Both the position numbers and the translations under genes were made by a program. A stretch of DNA of 63,829 nucleotides, counting the filler, from Hyphochytrium catenoides (lineage: Eukaryota > Protista > Hyphochytriomycota): assembly GCA_900088475.1 (NCBI GenBank). It is 7 parts of 7 records of this genome, joined end to end, with 100 filler letters (N's around TTAATTAATTAA, not from the genome) between each part and the next. Parts side by side here need not be neighbours in the genome. Positions count along the whole stretch, not along the records: positions 1 to 23,448 come from FLMG01003938.1; positions 23,549 to 47,689 come from FLMG01002342.1; 5 more parts are not named here. The stretch is one strand, 5' to 3'. Below, piece by piece: positions 13,501 through 28,384 of this stretch. Positions within the stretch are counted from its first letter, which is position 1; every line of letters begins with the position of its first letter. The notes under the pieces were generated by a model. It was not told where the DNA came from and made no database searches. It saw nothing but the letters and a program-made list of their open reading frames with translations.

Positions 13501-16500
13501 CATGTCAGAGAAATCACAATCATATGGGTGTCGAAGTAGAGACAAGATATTGCGGTAGAGCTAAATGCTGTGGAAGAAGGAACGTACAGATATCTTCGAT
13601 AGGTTCGTTGAATGATCACTGCGGCTCTTCCTCTATCTTCTACCCTAAGGCGACCGAGTGCCTTCTCCCGCTCAAGACAAGTCCTGAAAGCGGACCGGCG
13701 GTAAAGCGTCTGCATCTTCAGAGCGAGGGTCCAAGCCTTTATCTTTTTGCTTCGGCACTGCCTACACAGCTCTCGGGTGAAGATGGAACGGGCATTGGCT
13801 AAGGCAATGCCAAAATCCTGAGGACCACAGTAGTGTGGGTCAGCTACACGGCACGCAATGCATACCACTCACAATGAAGCTGGAGGTTAGGCGTGGTAGT
13901 GTAACTAAAAACAAACCCTGCCAGCACGACAGAACATATACGGCTGGCTCTAATGCGACACTGATACGGCAATAGCTGTTGTCAACTATCCTTACTGCGG
14001 TGTAGCACTCTGCGACAATGAACTTCTTGGCTATCTGTCTCTCCCGATATCCGCGATAGAGCGCCTGCATCATAGTTGCTCCCTGCCTAAAGCTTCGTAG
14101 TAGTTTGTCAGCTACAGTGACAGCCCGGAACCAACGCTGTATCTTGCTCGCGCAGTTCTCCCTAAGAGCTGCCAACTCTTGTTGCGCCTGTTGACCACAT
14201 CAAGTAGAGAATAACATCAACATCCTTGAACCAAGAACCAGTAAGGACTAACTTAAGCAGTTGATGCGACTTCCTGGTTGCCTGCTTGCCATTTCGCAAA
14301 CATTAAAAACTTACCCGGCGCATGTGGTATACAGTCGTCTTTGCTCTATAGCCTCTCCACAGCCTTTGCAAGTGCAACGATGTCAAAAGCTGCAACTCCA
14401 CAAGTCTCATTTTTTGGAGGGTGGCCCTGATCCTTTCTCTTCTAACTTCAATAAATATTTGTCTATCACAGTGGCCGCGGTAGATTCGCTGTATCTCCGT
14501 CGCTGCCCGCTCTCTATGCTTTTGCCACTCTCTATATTCTTTTAGGCTTCTCGCAGCTAGCTTTCTGCCTCTGAAGCCCCTAGCCAGGCGCTGTTTGGTT
14601 TATTAGAACTCGAGTATGGTCCTCAAAGCTGCAAGCAGAATAAGAGCACATCCATGGACTTGCGCTATTGAAAATGGAAAAGAGATGAAGGTCGAAGAGT
14701 GGAGCTGACCTGAATATGAAGAATAGCCGCCATCTTCAGCTCTTCTTGTCTTTGGTAGCGCCAAAGCTCTCGCCAGAATCTGGCAACTCTCCGTCCTGAA
14801 GGCCACGAAGGGTCAACTCCATTTTATATCGGAGAAAGTTAGCAGAGTTTGAGATGCTAATGCCAGTGCGGGTAAGAGACGGAAAGTCGTGATTAAGGTT
14901 GTCAGAGCTCGAATAAGAGGAGGGCCACATGAGGCTCAAACTGACTACCATAGAAATAGCCCCGCCAGACTCTTTGAAGTGTCACAGTGGCCGTCACGCG
15001 TCGCTGATGCTCTCTCTTCCGTCTACTCCGCCGCAATCCAATGGCCTTTTTCCTAACTCTATATCCCCTCCAAACTCTCTGAATAGGAGCAAACAGTAAC
15101 GTAAGTGCTGGCGCAGTTTTTCAGCACTAGTGATCTAGTACCTGGATATCGATCGCAGCTAATCGCCAGATCCCATAAGGGCGTAGGGGTAAGCGACTTT
15201 TCTCATAAAGCAGAGCTCGTCTATAACGAAACCAGTCCTGAATCAGCTTTATTTTCTGGCCAAGTAAGAGCTGCCTGATGAGGGAACTAGGTTAATCTAA
15301 ACAACCCGGATAGCAACAGTTGCCTACTACATTGATAGCCACATCCCCAATGTTGATCTGGGGTAGTAATCGGGAGAGAAGGCAAATGAGAAGAATGTCT
15401 TGCTACCTCTTGATAAATATTAGATAGCCCTCCGCCTTCGGCATAAGCTCCTTTTGGAGTTCTCTGACTAAAGGTAGCCTTCTTTCCAGGTTTTGCAGCC
15501 CCTGACGTCGAATGTCAGGACAATTTTTCGCCTTCATCGCTTCCAAATAACAGCATGAATTCCCAAGGAGCTGGACAGCTGATAGAAAGTGTCATTAGAG
15601 GTAGAATTCCGAACGCATATTGTATCTATAGCTGCTCTTCTCTCTATCGTAAACCTCTTCCCAGCTAGCTGTTCCTTGCACTCTGTCCTCCCACTCTTTA
15701 ACATGCCCGCCTCCATAATAACCCAAATGGCTCACCTGAGTCTGTGATCTGCCAACATCCTGAGATGTTAAGCTTTCGTAAACGGCATAGAGGTAAGCGC
15801 GCCAAGACCTGAAGGGCCTCATCTGTGAGGTTTTCACAGTCTTTGACGTTAAGCTGCTCCAGCAGCCGGCAAGAAAGTAGCATCTTGGCAATGGCCTTAC
15901 TACCGAGAGCAGGGCTCCTGGGGAAGGCAGTCAAGGATTACGACTACAGAATCAGACTGGTAGCACAGAGAATCCTAGTTAACAGGAAAAGAGGCTAAAG
16001 CACCCCAGAGAAAATGCACAAGCCAAGGGACAGAACCTTATGATGTTATCCCTAGGGGACAGGCAAAGAGCCGAAGAAAGGGACAAACGGCAGTGGCCAC
16101 CCACACGGCGCTGCCTCTTACCGTGACAAGTTTGCTTTGCGTAGAATTCGACAACTCATTGCGATGGCAAGGCAAATGCCGTCCGTGGCACAGCCAGAAA
16201 CATTGATCTCCCTTAGCTGATTGCACTGAAAACATGTGATGTTCGTGATCCAAAATACTTGCAAAGTTGCTTGTTTACTTTTCGTACCTCCTCTAGTAGT
16301 TCAATCATTGCATTTTCATAATCCTGACAACGTGTCATCGAGAGATCCAGCAATGATAGTCTTCCCGCCATAGTCTGTAAGAGAAAGTGTGAGATAGGAA
16401 AACCATTTGGGTAGGTTATATAGAAAGGCGCATCAGTGCGACCGTCATTAAGGCCGATTTCCTTCATCTTAGAGAAGTCTAGAGGTACGTGTCTCGATTT

Positions 16501-18828
16501 ACTTGCGCCTCACCTTAAGAGATTCGCAACATCGACTATTAACTTTTGGTGAAGCGAAAAAGTTTGTCTTCATGCCATCTCTAGGAATTAGTTTACCAAA
16601 GATCTTCACCTCCCTGAGAGCACCTAGTCGATTTGCAATTTCCCATATTCCGTCCCCCGTCACCCGGGGCAATCCTCCCACAGAGATGTAGACGAGGTTG
16701 GGGCAACTACGGGCCAGAGATCTTAGTCCTAGATCGCCAACTTGAAAACATCCGGAGATATCGAGACTAACTAGTGCTGTGCAACCCTGAGCATGGGGTG
16801 TTTGAGGGAAGTCTCCTTCCGCAAGAGGGCTAACACAGTATAGGAGGGCTCGAATACCCTTGTTGGTCACCTTGTCACAGTCTGAAAGGTTAAGTTCCTT
16901 CAGTTTCTTGCAATTGAGCCCCACCTCATACAGTCCAAAATCATGTACTGCATGGCAGTTTGACAGATTAAGATGCTCGATGTTACCGCATGCTCGGGCA
17001 ATGTAGGCAAGCGCACCATCATCTATTGGAAAAGCGGCGAGGAGAATTGAGAAAAAGGATAACCAGCTCAGAACCTAAACAGATCAATGAGCGCAAATGG
17101 AAAATGGAGCAATAAGAAGGGCCATAAAGAGAATGAGACGTACGCCTAGCTGAAGATAACCAAAACCCCTGAATAGGGGTAGAGTGAAGGTCTATTGGGG
17201 CCGTAACTACTGGAACCAAAGGCTCACCGTGACGGAGCTACAGAGGAAAAAAGGCTACTCCGGCACGCACCAAGTGGCACTTGTGAAAGGTTAGCGCGTA
17301 TAAGTCGGCCCAGAACAAGCCCTTGCTTGAGGTGTCCGTCTCCACTGGACACGGTTGTAGCAGGAGAACCGTAGGCTTGGCTCTCACCATCCCCATTCTT
17401 GGTACTCAAGTCGTAATTGATACTATAGAACGTGAGCCCTGAGAACTTGCATGATGAATAGTTGACACTAGTGAGCCTCTTGCAGCCTATAAGCAGACCG
17501 AGAAGGCCGTCGTCCGTGACTTTCGAACATCCCGCAATGGACAATGTATGTAAGGGTTCGGAGCCGTCAGGACGGTTCTTGTCCATTGCACTTAAAATGC
17601 CACCGTCTGGAGAGGGAAATTCAAGGTCAGTTCGATGGGGAGATATTGAACTCGATAGTGGACAGAAGGAAAGCTTTTAAATCTCAGATATCAGAAGTAG
17701 ACAATCAGTGGTCCATGTCATGGTTAAGTCATTTGAGAATCAAGGATGAGAGGGTTCAGATGACCTTAACGCATACCCGTAATAGCTCTACACCAGGAAA
17801 CATCGAGGACTCGGATGTGCCTGCAAGTCGCAAAAATGGCTTGCAGCTGCTCATCTCCAGTGGAGGTCATAGATACCGTAAGAGAAGTGAGGTTCGAAGG
17901 CAGATGTGTCAGGGACTCTGTTGTTACGACATTTGTATCGGACAGATTTAAATGCCCCAAGCTATGGAGCTGTCGTAAAGAGGAGGTGGCGGCACTGGAT
18001 AAGCTCTTGCAGTGTGATAAGTCTAGTTGTTCAATCCCTGGAAAAGTGGGAATTAGGTCTGGCTCCATGCAGCCTCAAGCAGTATGCCTTACCTGTGTTG
18101 GAGCTATGGAAACTCTCGTTTACCCATTTTTCTTTAGCTCTTACTGAACTCACTGGTGTCCGACTTGCTTTGGCCTCGACTGGGACCGGTACACGTGGTG
18201 AGTGCGGGTAGTCATGATATGCTTGATATGCAGAGCACGTACAGTGTCGCTGGGTCCACAAGATGAAGTTGATGGAGAGGGCTAACAGGTTGTCATCCAA
18301 GGCTAGTCCAGCTAGGTTCACACATCGCTTAGCCCTTTTATGAACCCAGCCATCTACCAGCATGGCGGCTGGAAAGCCCTGCCGACCTTCCGGATCATGC
18401 CCCAATCTTGGCAGGAAATGACCTCTGAAGCCTACCTCATCCACAGTCTTACCCTTTTGACTGCCGCCAAGACGGCAGAGGTCACTGAGTGTCAGAGCAT
18501 CTGAACGAAAAGTGCTTTCCAGTGTCAAGTTTCTATTACTCTCCGCCTCTGCGTACCCTGCCTTTTCAACCCTCAGCAAACAGGCATCAGGTCCTGATAT
18601 ATCGTCAGCCTTAAGAGCGATATGGGGGCTACTCTGAGGGAGTTGACGATGGTAGCTCGACGGTGCAGAGCGTTGAGTGCGAACGAGCCTGGGAAGCTTG
18701 GCAGTGGTATACGTGGCACTTGTAGGACGGTCTGTTGCGCTTCCATTCTCTATGGTGGTGTGTGGTTGCTCAGGAACAACTGTTGCGCACGATTTCACGG
18801 CTCCATGACGCCTCGGCTTCATCTTCAA
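10504..18828 (-). CDS. Large Cys-containing (AMN1/FBXL-type) leucine-rich-repeat protein with IQ calmodulin-binding motifs and C-terminal coiled coil (multi-exon; start uncertain)
   Basis: LRR units (LDLSHCKSLS, LDVSWCRAIT, LSIAGCSKVTDDGL, LNLSDCDKVTNKGI, LDISGCFQVGDLGL, LNVKDCENLTDEAL) are followed by IQ motifs (ASKIQRWFR, MMQALYRGYRER, AVIIQRTYRRY, AIKVQRWIRR). Ends ...LDDLQQDLGDEE*. Confidence 0.75.
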
Positions 18829-20823
18829 TGAAGCTGAAATTGGTGGTTTCCACTAAGCCCAAGTGAGAAATCTCTACCAAACCCTGATAAAAGGGAGAGC
18901 GGGTACTCGGGCGTCGAGCTCCACCTGTCCGCTATAAGGGCATACCGACGGTTAAGATATCCTTCATACTCTTGTCGTTCCTAAGACTTGTCCATCTGTC
19001 GAAGTTACTATGGGCATCGAGCAAGCACTACGACAGTCGTCGTGACTGAGGAGAGTGTATGACAGGTACTGAAGAGGCGAAGTCTCCTTAGCTTGCATCC
19101 TTCGAAATTTCTTCTTTGCATCGTCTAGCAAGCCAATTGCCGCTATCTGTCGAGAAGGAACAGGAGCCGCAGCCCAGGGGCGGTATTGATGAATGCGACA
19201 TGCAACCGGCCGTTCTTCACCAGGCTAGCTGACCTAATAGATCTTTGAACAGCTCTTTCAAAGACATATGCTCGATCGTTCCTCTCTTGCTGTCTCCCGT
19301 TCTCAATACGTCATCCTCATAGAGCACAGTCTAAGTCGCCAACTCCGAGTTGATTCTTTTCCGATGAGACTGTCTCATCGGTCCTTGAAGTTCATACGAT
19401 GGCGATGAAGAGATGATGAATCATACACAGAAAAAACAAGGAGATGACTTTTCAAGGGAAGTGAGATGGGTGGGCTGAGCACAGACCCTGTTGTTCTTGA
19501 GTATGTGCGCACATCTCTGAGGCCCGTAGAGTTACAAGGAGTATTGAAGGCCGTTAGCGGAAGGCAAACGTGGGTGGGTGACGAGTGATCGTGACAGGGC
19601 CGATGCATCGTCAGCAACTTCAGTTTCCCTTCGCTTCTCACCTCATGATGAGCCACGAACTAGCATCATTATTATATTATTATCAAAATCTCTAGAATGC
19701 AATAAGACCTTGTTAGTCAGGATTGAAGAACGAGCGATCTAGCTCAAACTTACTGTCCTGTCCGCCACACCTCTGCTCTCTCTTGTCGATTAGCTGCAGG
19801 TAACCCGCAGATGGGCTGGTATGGCAGTGAAGCAATGAGAGTAAATCGACGGGAGTTTGACTGGCAGACCGTTGACCAGGCCGCTGGTATTTCTCTTGCC
19901 TCTATCGGCAAATGGCCGAAGGTGATAGTATTGTCAATACTAGCTTGCTTGATGCTAACAACATTCACCATAATCGGTTAACGAAGAAGCTCCCGCCATC
20001 AACGATGCGATTAAGTCTGACTCTATCTTCACTTACATCAAACAGCAAATGAAGATGACCCCTCCGACTCTTCTGTTCCGAGGGAGCTTCAGAGGTGTCC
20101 TTCTCATCCGCCACCAACTGAGCTCTGTTTCTCGATAAGTTTCTGGCCTTGTTGGTTTCGAGAGACCTTTCTAGTTGCTTTGATCTCTAGTCCTACTTCC
20201 TTCCGTAACTTGCATGCACAAGTGAAGACGGTGTCTCTCTCTGTGTCTGGCTCCTTCTCTCCAAGTATCCAGATTTTCCCAGTTCAATAGCGGCACGAGT
20301 ATATTACACACTGTCTTGACCATCATACCGTAATGTTCTAGTGGTAGCCATCATGACTGCGACGCCTCTCATCAGCAGTCTTGCCATTTCTCTCAATGGT
20401 GTCCCACACTGGAATGCAGCAATGAGAGCTATTTGAGTGAATCCGACGCTTTTCAAAACTCTGTGATGAAAGGCCCCACCGCCACGTGGTGACTTGTCGG
20501 TGTGTACGAGGAGTTCAGCACCAGCGGCAATACAGCCACTGGGTCGATCTGCTTTAAAGGTATACAGGAACAGAAGGGACCCCTTCTCCGAGTCATCTTG
20601 TGGAAGACAGATGAGACAAATAGAACTCAAAAGCCCAGGACGCTTTGCATTGATGATTTAAGTTGCAGACAACAAAATAAGATCTCTAGGAGATACTTCC
20701 CTATGCCCTCTTTGGGGACATAAACTTGATCCTATCCTCGCTGCAGGTTGAATTATGGAGGTTGAAGAAGCACCATCAGCCAAGCTAAAGGCTACACTAG
20801 CAACTCGGGTGACGCATGGGTGC

Positions 20824-21515
20824 TTAAGCTGCAGATACTCCAAGTGCACGGCACATTTCTAAGTGTACTTCGTAGCCAATCTGCGCATCTGCCCTCTCCA
20901 CAGATCCAGGGGCAGCACTTTCCATCGCGCTCTTATACGTGGCTAATCCAGCACGAGCCGCTTCAGGATCTAGATCTTCAAGCTATGTGTAGAGCAGTTC
21001 TTAGAGTAAGAATGAAAGTAGCTGAAGGGTATCACCCGTACCTTCACAGCCTCAACGGCTGAGATATCGGTGTTTGAATTAGCGTGTGTAATCGCAAACC
21101 CACCAGCAACGAAGTACTTCTCGATTTCCTGGCCGCGAACCTTATGAACCTAGATATTCTGTCAGGGACCACCGTTGTAGATAGCCCTCTTTTCAAAACT
21201 TTCGTTACCTGGAGAATGCCTGGCTTCAGCTCAGAGAGAATAGGAACGTGCCCTGCAGTAACTCCGTACTCGCCTCCGGCACCTGGGATAACCAGCAGGT
21301 CGACCTTCTCATCGGTGTATAAGCTACCATGCGGAAGCTGGAAGTTTAAGTTTATCTGCATCGATAAAGGTTAGGGCTAACTTCCCATCTGGGATTGTCA
21401 AAATGCGTACCTGGGTTGCTGCAGCTGCCGCGCCTTCCTGTCCTGCCTGCGCACCACGAAGGGCAGAAGTGTTGTAGCTCCTTCGGAGCGCAGTCCTGGC
21501 AATATGGCGAAACAT
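20824..21515 (-). CDS. ATP5F1D: Mitochondrial ATP synthase F1 delta subunit (4 exons)
   Basis: Presequence MFRHIARTALRRSY; motifs VIPGAGGEYGVTAGHVPILSELKPG and KYFVAGGFAITHANS..DISAVEAV; ends EMCRALGVSAA*. Confidence 0.95.
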
Positions 21516-22656
21516 AGTGATAGAGCTATGACGGCCTGGTTCACGAAGCTGTCTGATATCAGGATACTAAGTATAGCAGCAACTCAGTATCCAATGAGTG
21601 CAAGGAAATGCTGCTTCTTGCCAAGGTGATTCATGAAGGCCTTGAGACTGTCACTGCAGGTATATATAAAAGCTCTATCTGCAAGCTCCAGATGAATAGT
21701 CAGATGAGCTCTGCTAGTCGGACTGACAAAAGGGGGATCCTAGCACTCACATGGTGACGGCGGCCCTCCCTTGGGGAAGATATATGCTAGCAACTGTTAA
21801 GCATAGGGGTAGCGTGCTTCGCGAACGAAGGTGAGTATCTCCCGATGAGGTAGAGCTTAAGAAAGATTAGCCATCACGCCAAAGGCTTTATAGCTTCTGC
21901 GCCTGCTTATGCCTACTTTCACCTGACTCTGGTAGCTGTTCATACAATGCTGGAATAACTTTTAAACCGGATCCGGACTGTTTTGGAAGTGTCCGATCTG
22001 TTGGTTCTGATCCACCAAGGCAATATGGGAATCTTCTCTCTCAAGGACCTTTGACCCGACCGACTAGCCTGTGTGTCATTTGAATGTTGGAGCAGCAGAA
22101 TAGCGGAGTATCGTGGTATGCCTGATCTAGGCAGTACGCTGGGAATGTCCTCTTTCTCGTGGCCGTCATTGAACAATATCTTAAGGTTCGTGGTTGTTGG
22201 TAGGGGGTGACACCCTTGGCGGGTCCAAGAAATGAGTTTAGTGGCGGATTTCGCCAGACTTTCAGGGGATTTGGGAACTACTAAACATAGCTGGAAATGC
22301 AGGAATGGCCTTGAGATCTGGGCCTGCTTGGTCCGCTGACTATGAGTTGGACGTGAGACTTGCTAGCGCGTAATAATAGAACAACCAGTCAGCGTAGATC
22401 CAATTTGAAAAACTATACTACGGCTGCAGTAGTAATAGCCTACCGGTGGCCGCTAACGACTCTAATCAGCGAATGAGGGACAAGCCACCAATTCAGCTTT
22501 CAAGGCGCGCTGACTTCCTGACCGCAAGGATCTCTGAGCTTCACCAGACAGCTCCTAGAGCTTCATTCAGTCACACTTATTCTGCTATATACAGCCAGCA
22601 GAGCCGTGATCAGACTTCTTCTGGAGCTTAACCAGGGAACTAGAGCTTGAGGAAGA

Positions 22657-23448
<792 letters not shown>

Positions 23449-23548
23449 NNNNNNNNNNNNNNNNNNNNNNNNNNNNNNNNNNNNNNNNNNNNTTAATTAA
23501 TTAANNNNNNNNNNNNNNNNNNNNNNNNNNNNNNNNNNNNNNNNNNNN
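23449..23548. other. Artificial contig linker
   Basis: 44 N + TTAATTAATTAA (stops in all frames) + 44 N. Confidence 0.97.
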
Positions 23549-23608
23549 TAGGCGTGGCCGAGCCACCCCACAGCCAACTCATCTTTCTTCTCTTGCTATC
23601 CTTATCCC

Positions 23609-23640
<32 letters not shown>

Positions 23641-24634
23641 TCGGCCTCTTCCTAAAAGAGCGTCTCGCGCTCTGCTAAAGAGAGATTGCCTTTCTCATGT
23701 GAATGACCCCGGGGGCAACCTTTTGGCGAGCGCTCTTTCTTTTGAGAAGAGACTGATGAGAGCAGCTTGAGGAAAGCCGAGGGAAGCGCGGGAAGGAAGG
23801 AGAGACAAGTTGTAAAAGCAAGAGAGAATGTGTAGAGGAGAGACAGAGTGGGGAGAGAGAGAGAGAGAGAGAGAAAGAGACAGAAAGCTGCCACTGTCTC
23901 TCTCTCCCTTCACATCACCACATGTCCCACCAACAAAGCCCTACTCCACTGCACCCCCAGGGGCGGTCGTCAACCTAATATGGGCGCATTGACAATCAAA
24001 GACTATTTACTTTAGGTTCGCACCCGTTATATTTTAGTACAACGGGTTATGCGTGTACTCGAGTTTCACAGTGCTTCCTCAAATTGTCGCCAAAGACTCG
24101 TGGAGTGTTGTGTTTTAGGCGGCAGCAGAAGGAAGGAGAGAGAGAGAGAGCATGAAGATGAAGAGACAGAGCAGGGAAGAGAGATGAAGAAGAAGAAGAC
24201 AGGCCTGCGGCGCGGAAAGGGGACAGCAGTGGCGGAGACCAAGAGGGAGACGGAGAGGAGGATACCGAGAACAGAGTTCAGACGGGCCGATAACTGCATT
24301 TGGATAAATAAGATTCATAAAGAAGTGCACGAAAGGACCTAAAGAAAGAGAGCTATCATAGGGCTCTAGCAGCAAGAGCCCCGCTAGGTTCCTCAGGAAG
24401 AGGACGGCAAGAAAGTGAAAAGGAAAGAAGAGAGAAGGACAGAGTCAGTTCAGAAAAAGGGGAGAGAGAGAGCGAGAGAGAGAGAAAGTGAGGGTAAGAA
24501 TAGGACTCTGGCAGACGAGAGCCCCGCAGGGTCCCCCTACGAAGAGGAACAGAAATGAAAGAGAGCGACAGAGAGGGGGAAAGAGAGGGGAAATTTGTGT
24601 GTCCAGAGAAGAGACTCTCCAAAGAAAGAGTCTT

Positions 24635-25245
24635 TTACTTCTTCAGCGCCTTCTTTAGCATGGAAATGGATGAGACCCCGAGCATGACGGCGAAGCACTC
24701 CCTCAGCCTTCTCTCTGGCACTTCTCCCGCTAGGAAGTGCGATGTGAGGGTGACAGTGCCCAGCGCGGCACCAGCGATGAGGAGAGAGGAAGGAAGATGC
24801 ACATGTCCTCTCTTATAATAGTGATAGCTTGCAGAGTAACCTGCCAGACAAAACCGACCGGAGAGAGGAAAAAGAATGTGAAGAGAAAAGAGAGAGAGAG
24901 AGAGACAGAAAGAGAGAGAGAGAGTTTAGCCAAGCTGGATGAGCGGAAATAGAGATGATCAGGTCACGGAAGGTAAGAGAGCCGATAGTCTATAGGAAGG
25001 CACGCAGAGAGCTTCTGAACAAGAGAGAAAAGAGGTGACCGGGAGCTAAAGAGAGACACGGAACCAGAGGACCGTCAATTGCTATTCAAGCACCCCGTAC
25101 TTTCAAGCGCTTGCCTCCTGATTCCCCTCTCTCTCTCTCTCTGTTTCTCTCTTTTACCCTCTTTCATTCCTGTTTGCTGCTCTCTCTTCTCTCTCTCTCT
25201 CTGTTTCTCTCTTTTACCCTCTTTCATTCCTGTTTGCTCCTCTCT

Positions 25246-25284
<39 letters not shown>

Positions 25285-25486
25285 TCCTCGCTTACCGATC
25301 GGGCAGATGGCCACAAGGGACGTTGCTACCGCCGTAAGCTGGGTCATGTCACTCTTGACCGCCATATAGCTCGTCATCAACAGACCGCCGCCGATACCAA
25401 GCAGCCCTGAGCAGAAACCTGAGAAGAGACCCAACAGCATGTAGTCACGGTATCCTACACAGAGAGGAAAAGAGAGAGAGAGAGGG

Positions 25487-25521
<35 letters not shown>

Positions 25522-25534
25522 TGGAGGGGGGGAG

Positions 25535-25566
<32 letters not shown>

Positions 25567-27564
25567 CGAGTGGCAAACAAGGGTCAGGTTTAGATAAGAG
25601 TTGGAGAACAAAGTGAACAAAATCATGACGGTGGAAGGAGGAGAAGTCGATTGAATATGAGGCGAGAGAGAGAGAGAGAGAGAGACTCTAGGCCAGATAA
25701 GTGATGGCTCCTGGACTCCTCACCATAGCAAAACCTTGCTATGGACCCCAACTGTGGAGAGAGATCCTCTGTCCACAGAGAGAGAGATGGTGGAAGGTCT
25801 ACGGCCTGGACGACCCGCTGAACGCGGGAGAATTGCTCAGAGAGAGAAAGAGAGTTCATCTTCCCCATGTAGTCTCTGTCTGTCGTCAGTCTTCTGATCA
25901 ACGTCACGAGGGCTTTCTCACCCTCTGCCCCTCCCTCTTTCTCTCGCTCTTCTTGTCTCTCCCTCTCTCCCTCCTCGTGTGCTCTCATCACGATGAGAGG
26001 AGTCATACAAAGAAGGGCGAGTCCCATAATAATTCTTAGATTCTTGTCACTGATCCGGGAAGAGAGAGACGCTCCCGGTCCCGTAGCGAGAACTGAGCAG
26101 CTTGCCATGGCAAAGGCAACAGGAAGGTTTGCAGTACCTAGGGAGAAGAAGTTACAACGGAGAGAGAAGTGAGAAGGGGAAGGGAACAAGGAAAGTTTGG
26201 AGAGAGAGAGATACAGACAGGCGAGAGAGAGAGAGTGAGAGAGAGAAGACAAGAGAGAGAAAGAAGAAGGAAGAAAAAAGCGTGGCTTCAAGAGGAAGGA
26301 TGGAAGGATCCAAATGGTCCGCGCATTTAAGGGATGAGCATTGCCTCTGAGTGAGAGAGAGAGAGAGTGCCGGAAACAAAGAGAGAAAGTATGAAGAGAC
26401 GGATGACGGTAAAGACTGATAAGGAGACAGAGACACCCAAGAGGACGAAGAGAGAGAAAAAGCGCGCTAGAGGGGAAGAGAGAGGCAGAGAGAGATATGT
26501 CAAGAGCAGCATAGAGACCTTGCAGAACGTATGCAAATGCACCGAATGTGGAAGAGACAGTGACCGCGAGCATGGAAGTGCCATTGATTGTGTGCTGAGA
26601 GAGATTCGTAAAATTCGCCAGAGTCTAGACAAGGGAAGAAAAAGACAAAAGAGGAGAAACCCAGGGAGAGAAGAGGGACGAACGCCACCTGTTAGTGAAG
26701 GGCCAGAGAGAGATGAAGAGGCCAACCAAATGAGAGAGAGAGAGAGAGAGACATACTGGACAAGGAGAGAGGGAGAAAGAGAACGCAGAGGCAGAACCTT
26801 AAATGAACGGGAGCATTTGAAGCAACGAGGTGGGAAGAAGAAGGCAAAAGGGATAACGAAGAAGGAGCGATTTATCAAAAGAGAAGAGAGGGCGAAAGAG
26901 AGAGACACACAGAGAGACCCAGAGAGAGACAGGGGGTGAGAAAGAGGGCGACAGAGAGAGACACACACAGAGATAGACGGAGAAAGACACATGGAGACAA
27001 AAACAGAGAGAGAGAGAGCATGGCCATGAGCGTATTTCTTACTGGTATGATAACGACTCCTCCTCCTACACCGGTCAGAGCCGACAGGACCCCTGAGAAT
27101 GCGCCTGGAAGTGAATGAAAGCAGCCAAGGAAATATTGGGAGAGGACGAAGAGAGATAAGATGATAGAAAGAACCAGCGATTGGTTTCTTTATGCTGCCC
27201 CAACTCTCTCTCTCTCTTGTCTCCACCCTGCTGACCCTGTCTTCTTCGTGTCTCTCGTTGTCCCAGTCAGCAGCTCCCGCGCTTGCCCTCTCCTGTTCTT
27301 TGATGTCTTTCTGGCTTTAGATTTCTCTTTCTCTGCGCTTAATCGGCTTTTCCTACCTACAGGCAAGGCATAAAGAGGCCGAATTCCCTGGGGTGGAGGA
27401 AGAGAGTGGGTTGCACTTTGACGAGCAAACAAGAGGTTCTTCGCTTTGTTTATCCTTAAGGGGACCCTGCGCAGCGGCTCCCCACGGCTGAGAGGTATGG
27501 ATGAAGTCATCTTTCCATACGTTTGACCAGTTCGCCAAGCTAAGCTCGGCGCCAATCTCTTCAT
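24635..27564 (-). CDS. TauE/SafE (TSUP) family sulfite/anion exporter with putative mitochondrial presequence (multi-exon)
   Basis: Two repeat halves: GAFSGVLSALTGVGGGVVIIP...QHTINGTSML and GLFSGFCSGLLGIGGGLLM...QLTAVATSL. Also HYYKRGHV and RRLRECFAVML. The N-terminus is Arg-rich and acid-poor. Confidence 0.85.
25125..25260. repeat. 60-bp tandem duplication within a microsatellite-rich intron
   Basis: 25141-25200 and 25201-25260 are near-identical (CTGTTTCTCTCTTTTACCCTCTTTCATTCCTGTTTGCT...). Confidence 0.85.
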
Positions 27565-28340
27565 ACTGAAGGGAGAGATGAGAAGATGAAGTCTGTCACA
27601 ACAAAAGCCGCACACCACTGTCCCCAGATGAGATGCAAGCTATCTTCTGTTAAGACGAGCGTCACAAGCCAACATGAGGCGGACGACGAGCTGTCATCAG
27701 ATAGAAAGTGCTGCAGCTGCAGCTGAAGATAGACAGAAGGGCCCCAAAGGTTCCCAATAATCTCTGCTCAATAAAATCTCCGTTAATAAATCTGCAGCTC
27801 CTTCTCAGACTGATTAGGAAGATGCCAAACCGTCTCAAATGTCTAAGACGACCAAAATAAAAAGTCATTAAAACCTTTGATCAAGAAATAGCCCTTTTGA
27901 CTTCTTTGCCAAGGAAAACGCTAGGAATACCCTAGACTCCATGGAGGGGAAACCATTAAAATAGGGTATTTTGAAGTTACATTTTAGTACTCATTCAGAC
28001 TGTAAAAAGCTAAAAGTGCTTGCTTCCGTCTTTCAAAGGAGTTGAGGGTAGGACAGACTTACTATTTAATTCTTTTATTTTATAAAAGTGAAGAAAAGTT
28101 CGAATAAAGAGGTTGGCAGCCAATCAACGGCCAAGAAGATATGGGAATCTAATTGTTCATGATAATGAGTGCAGTGTTCACGATGATGGTTGGAAAAAGT
28201 CTCAATATTCATAATCTGAATGATTAGTGGAGGAACGTTTTTGGCTGTTGCTGACGGGCCCATCAGCCATCAGGAAACGTCCTCATGGATCATGGACCAC
28301 CAGAGAACAGAGAGGAAAAGAGAGAGAGAGTAAGAGAGAG

Positions 28341-28384
<44 letters not shown>

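Noticed and set aside
19375-20800. Short ORFs between the LRR gene and ATP synthase delta
   Set aside because: I could not assemble a consistent spliced model or recognise a domain.
23493-23504. TTAATTAATTAA palindrome recurring six times as a possible recombination or target site
   Set aside because: It is always flanked by exactly 44 N on each side, which marks an artificial all-frame-stop linker.
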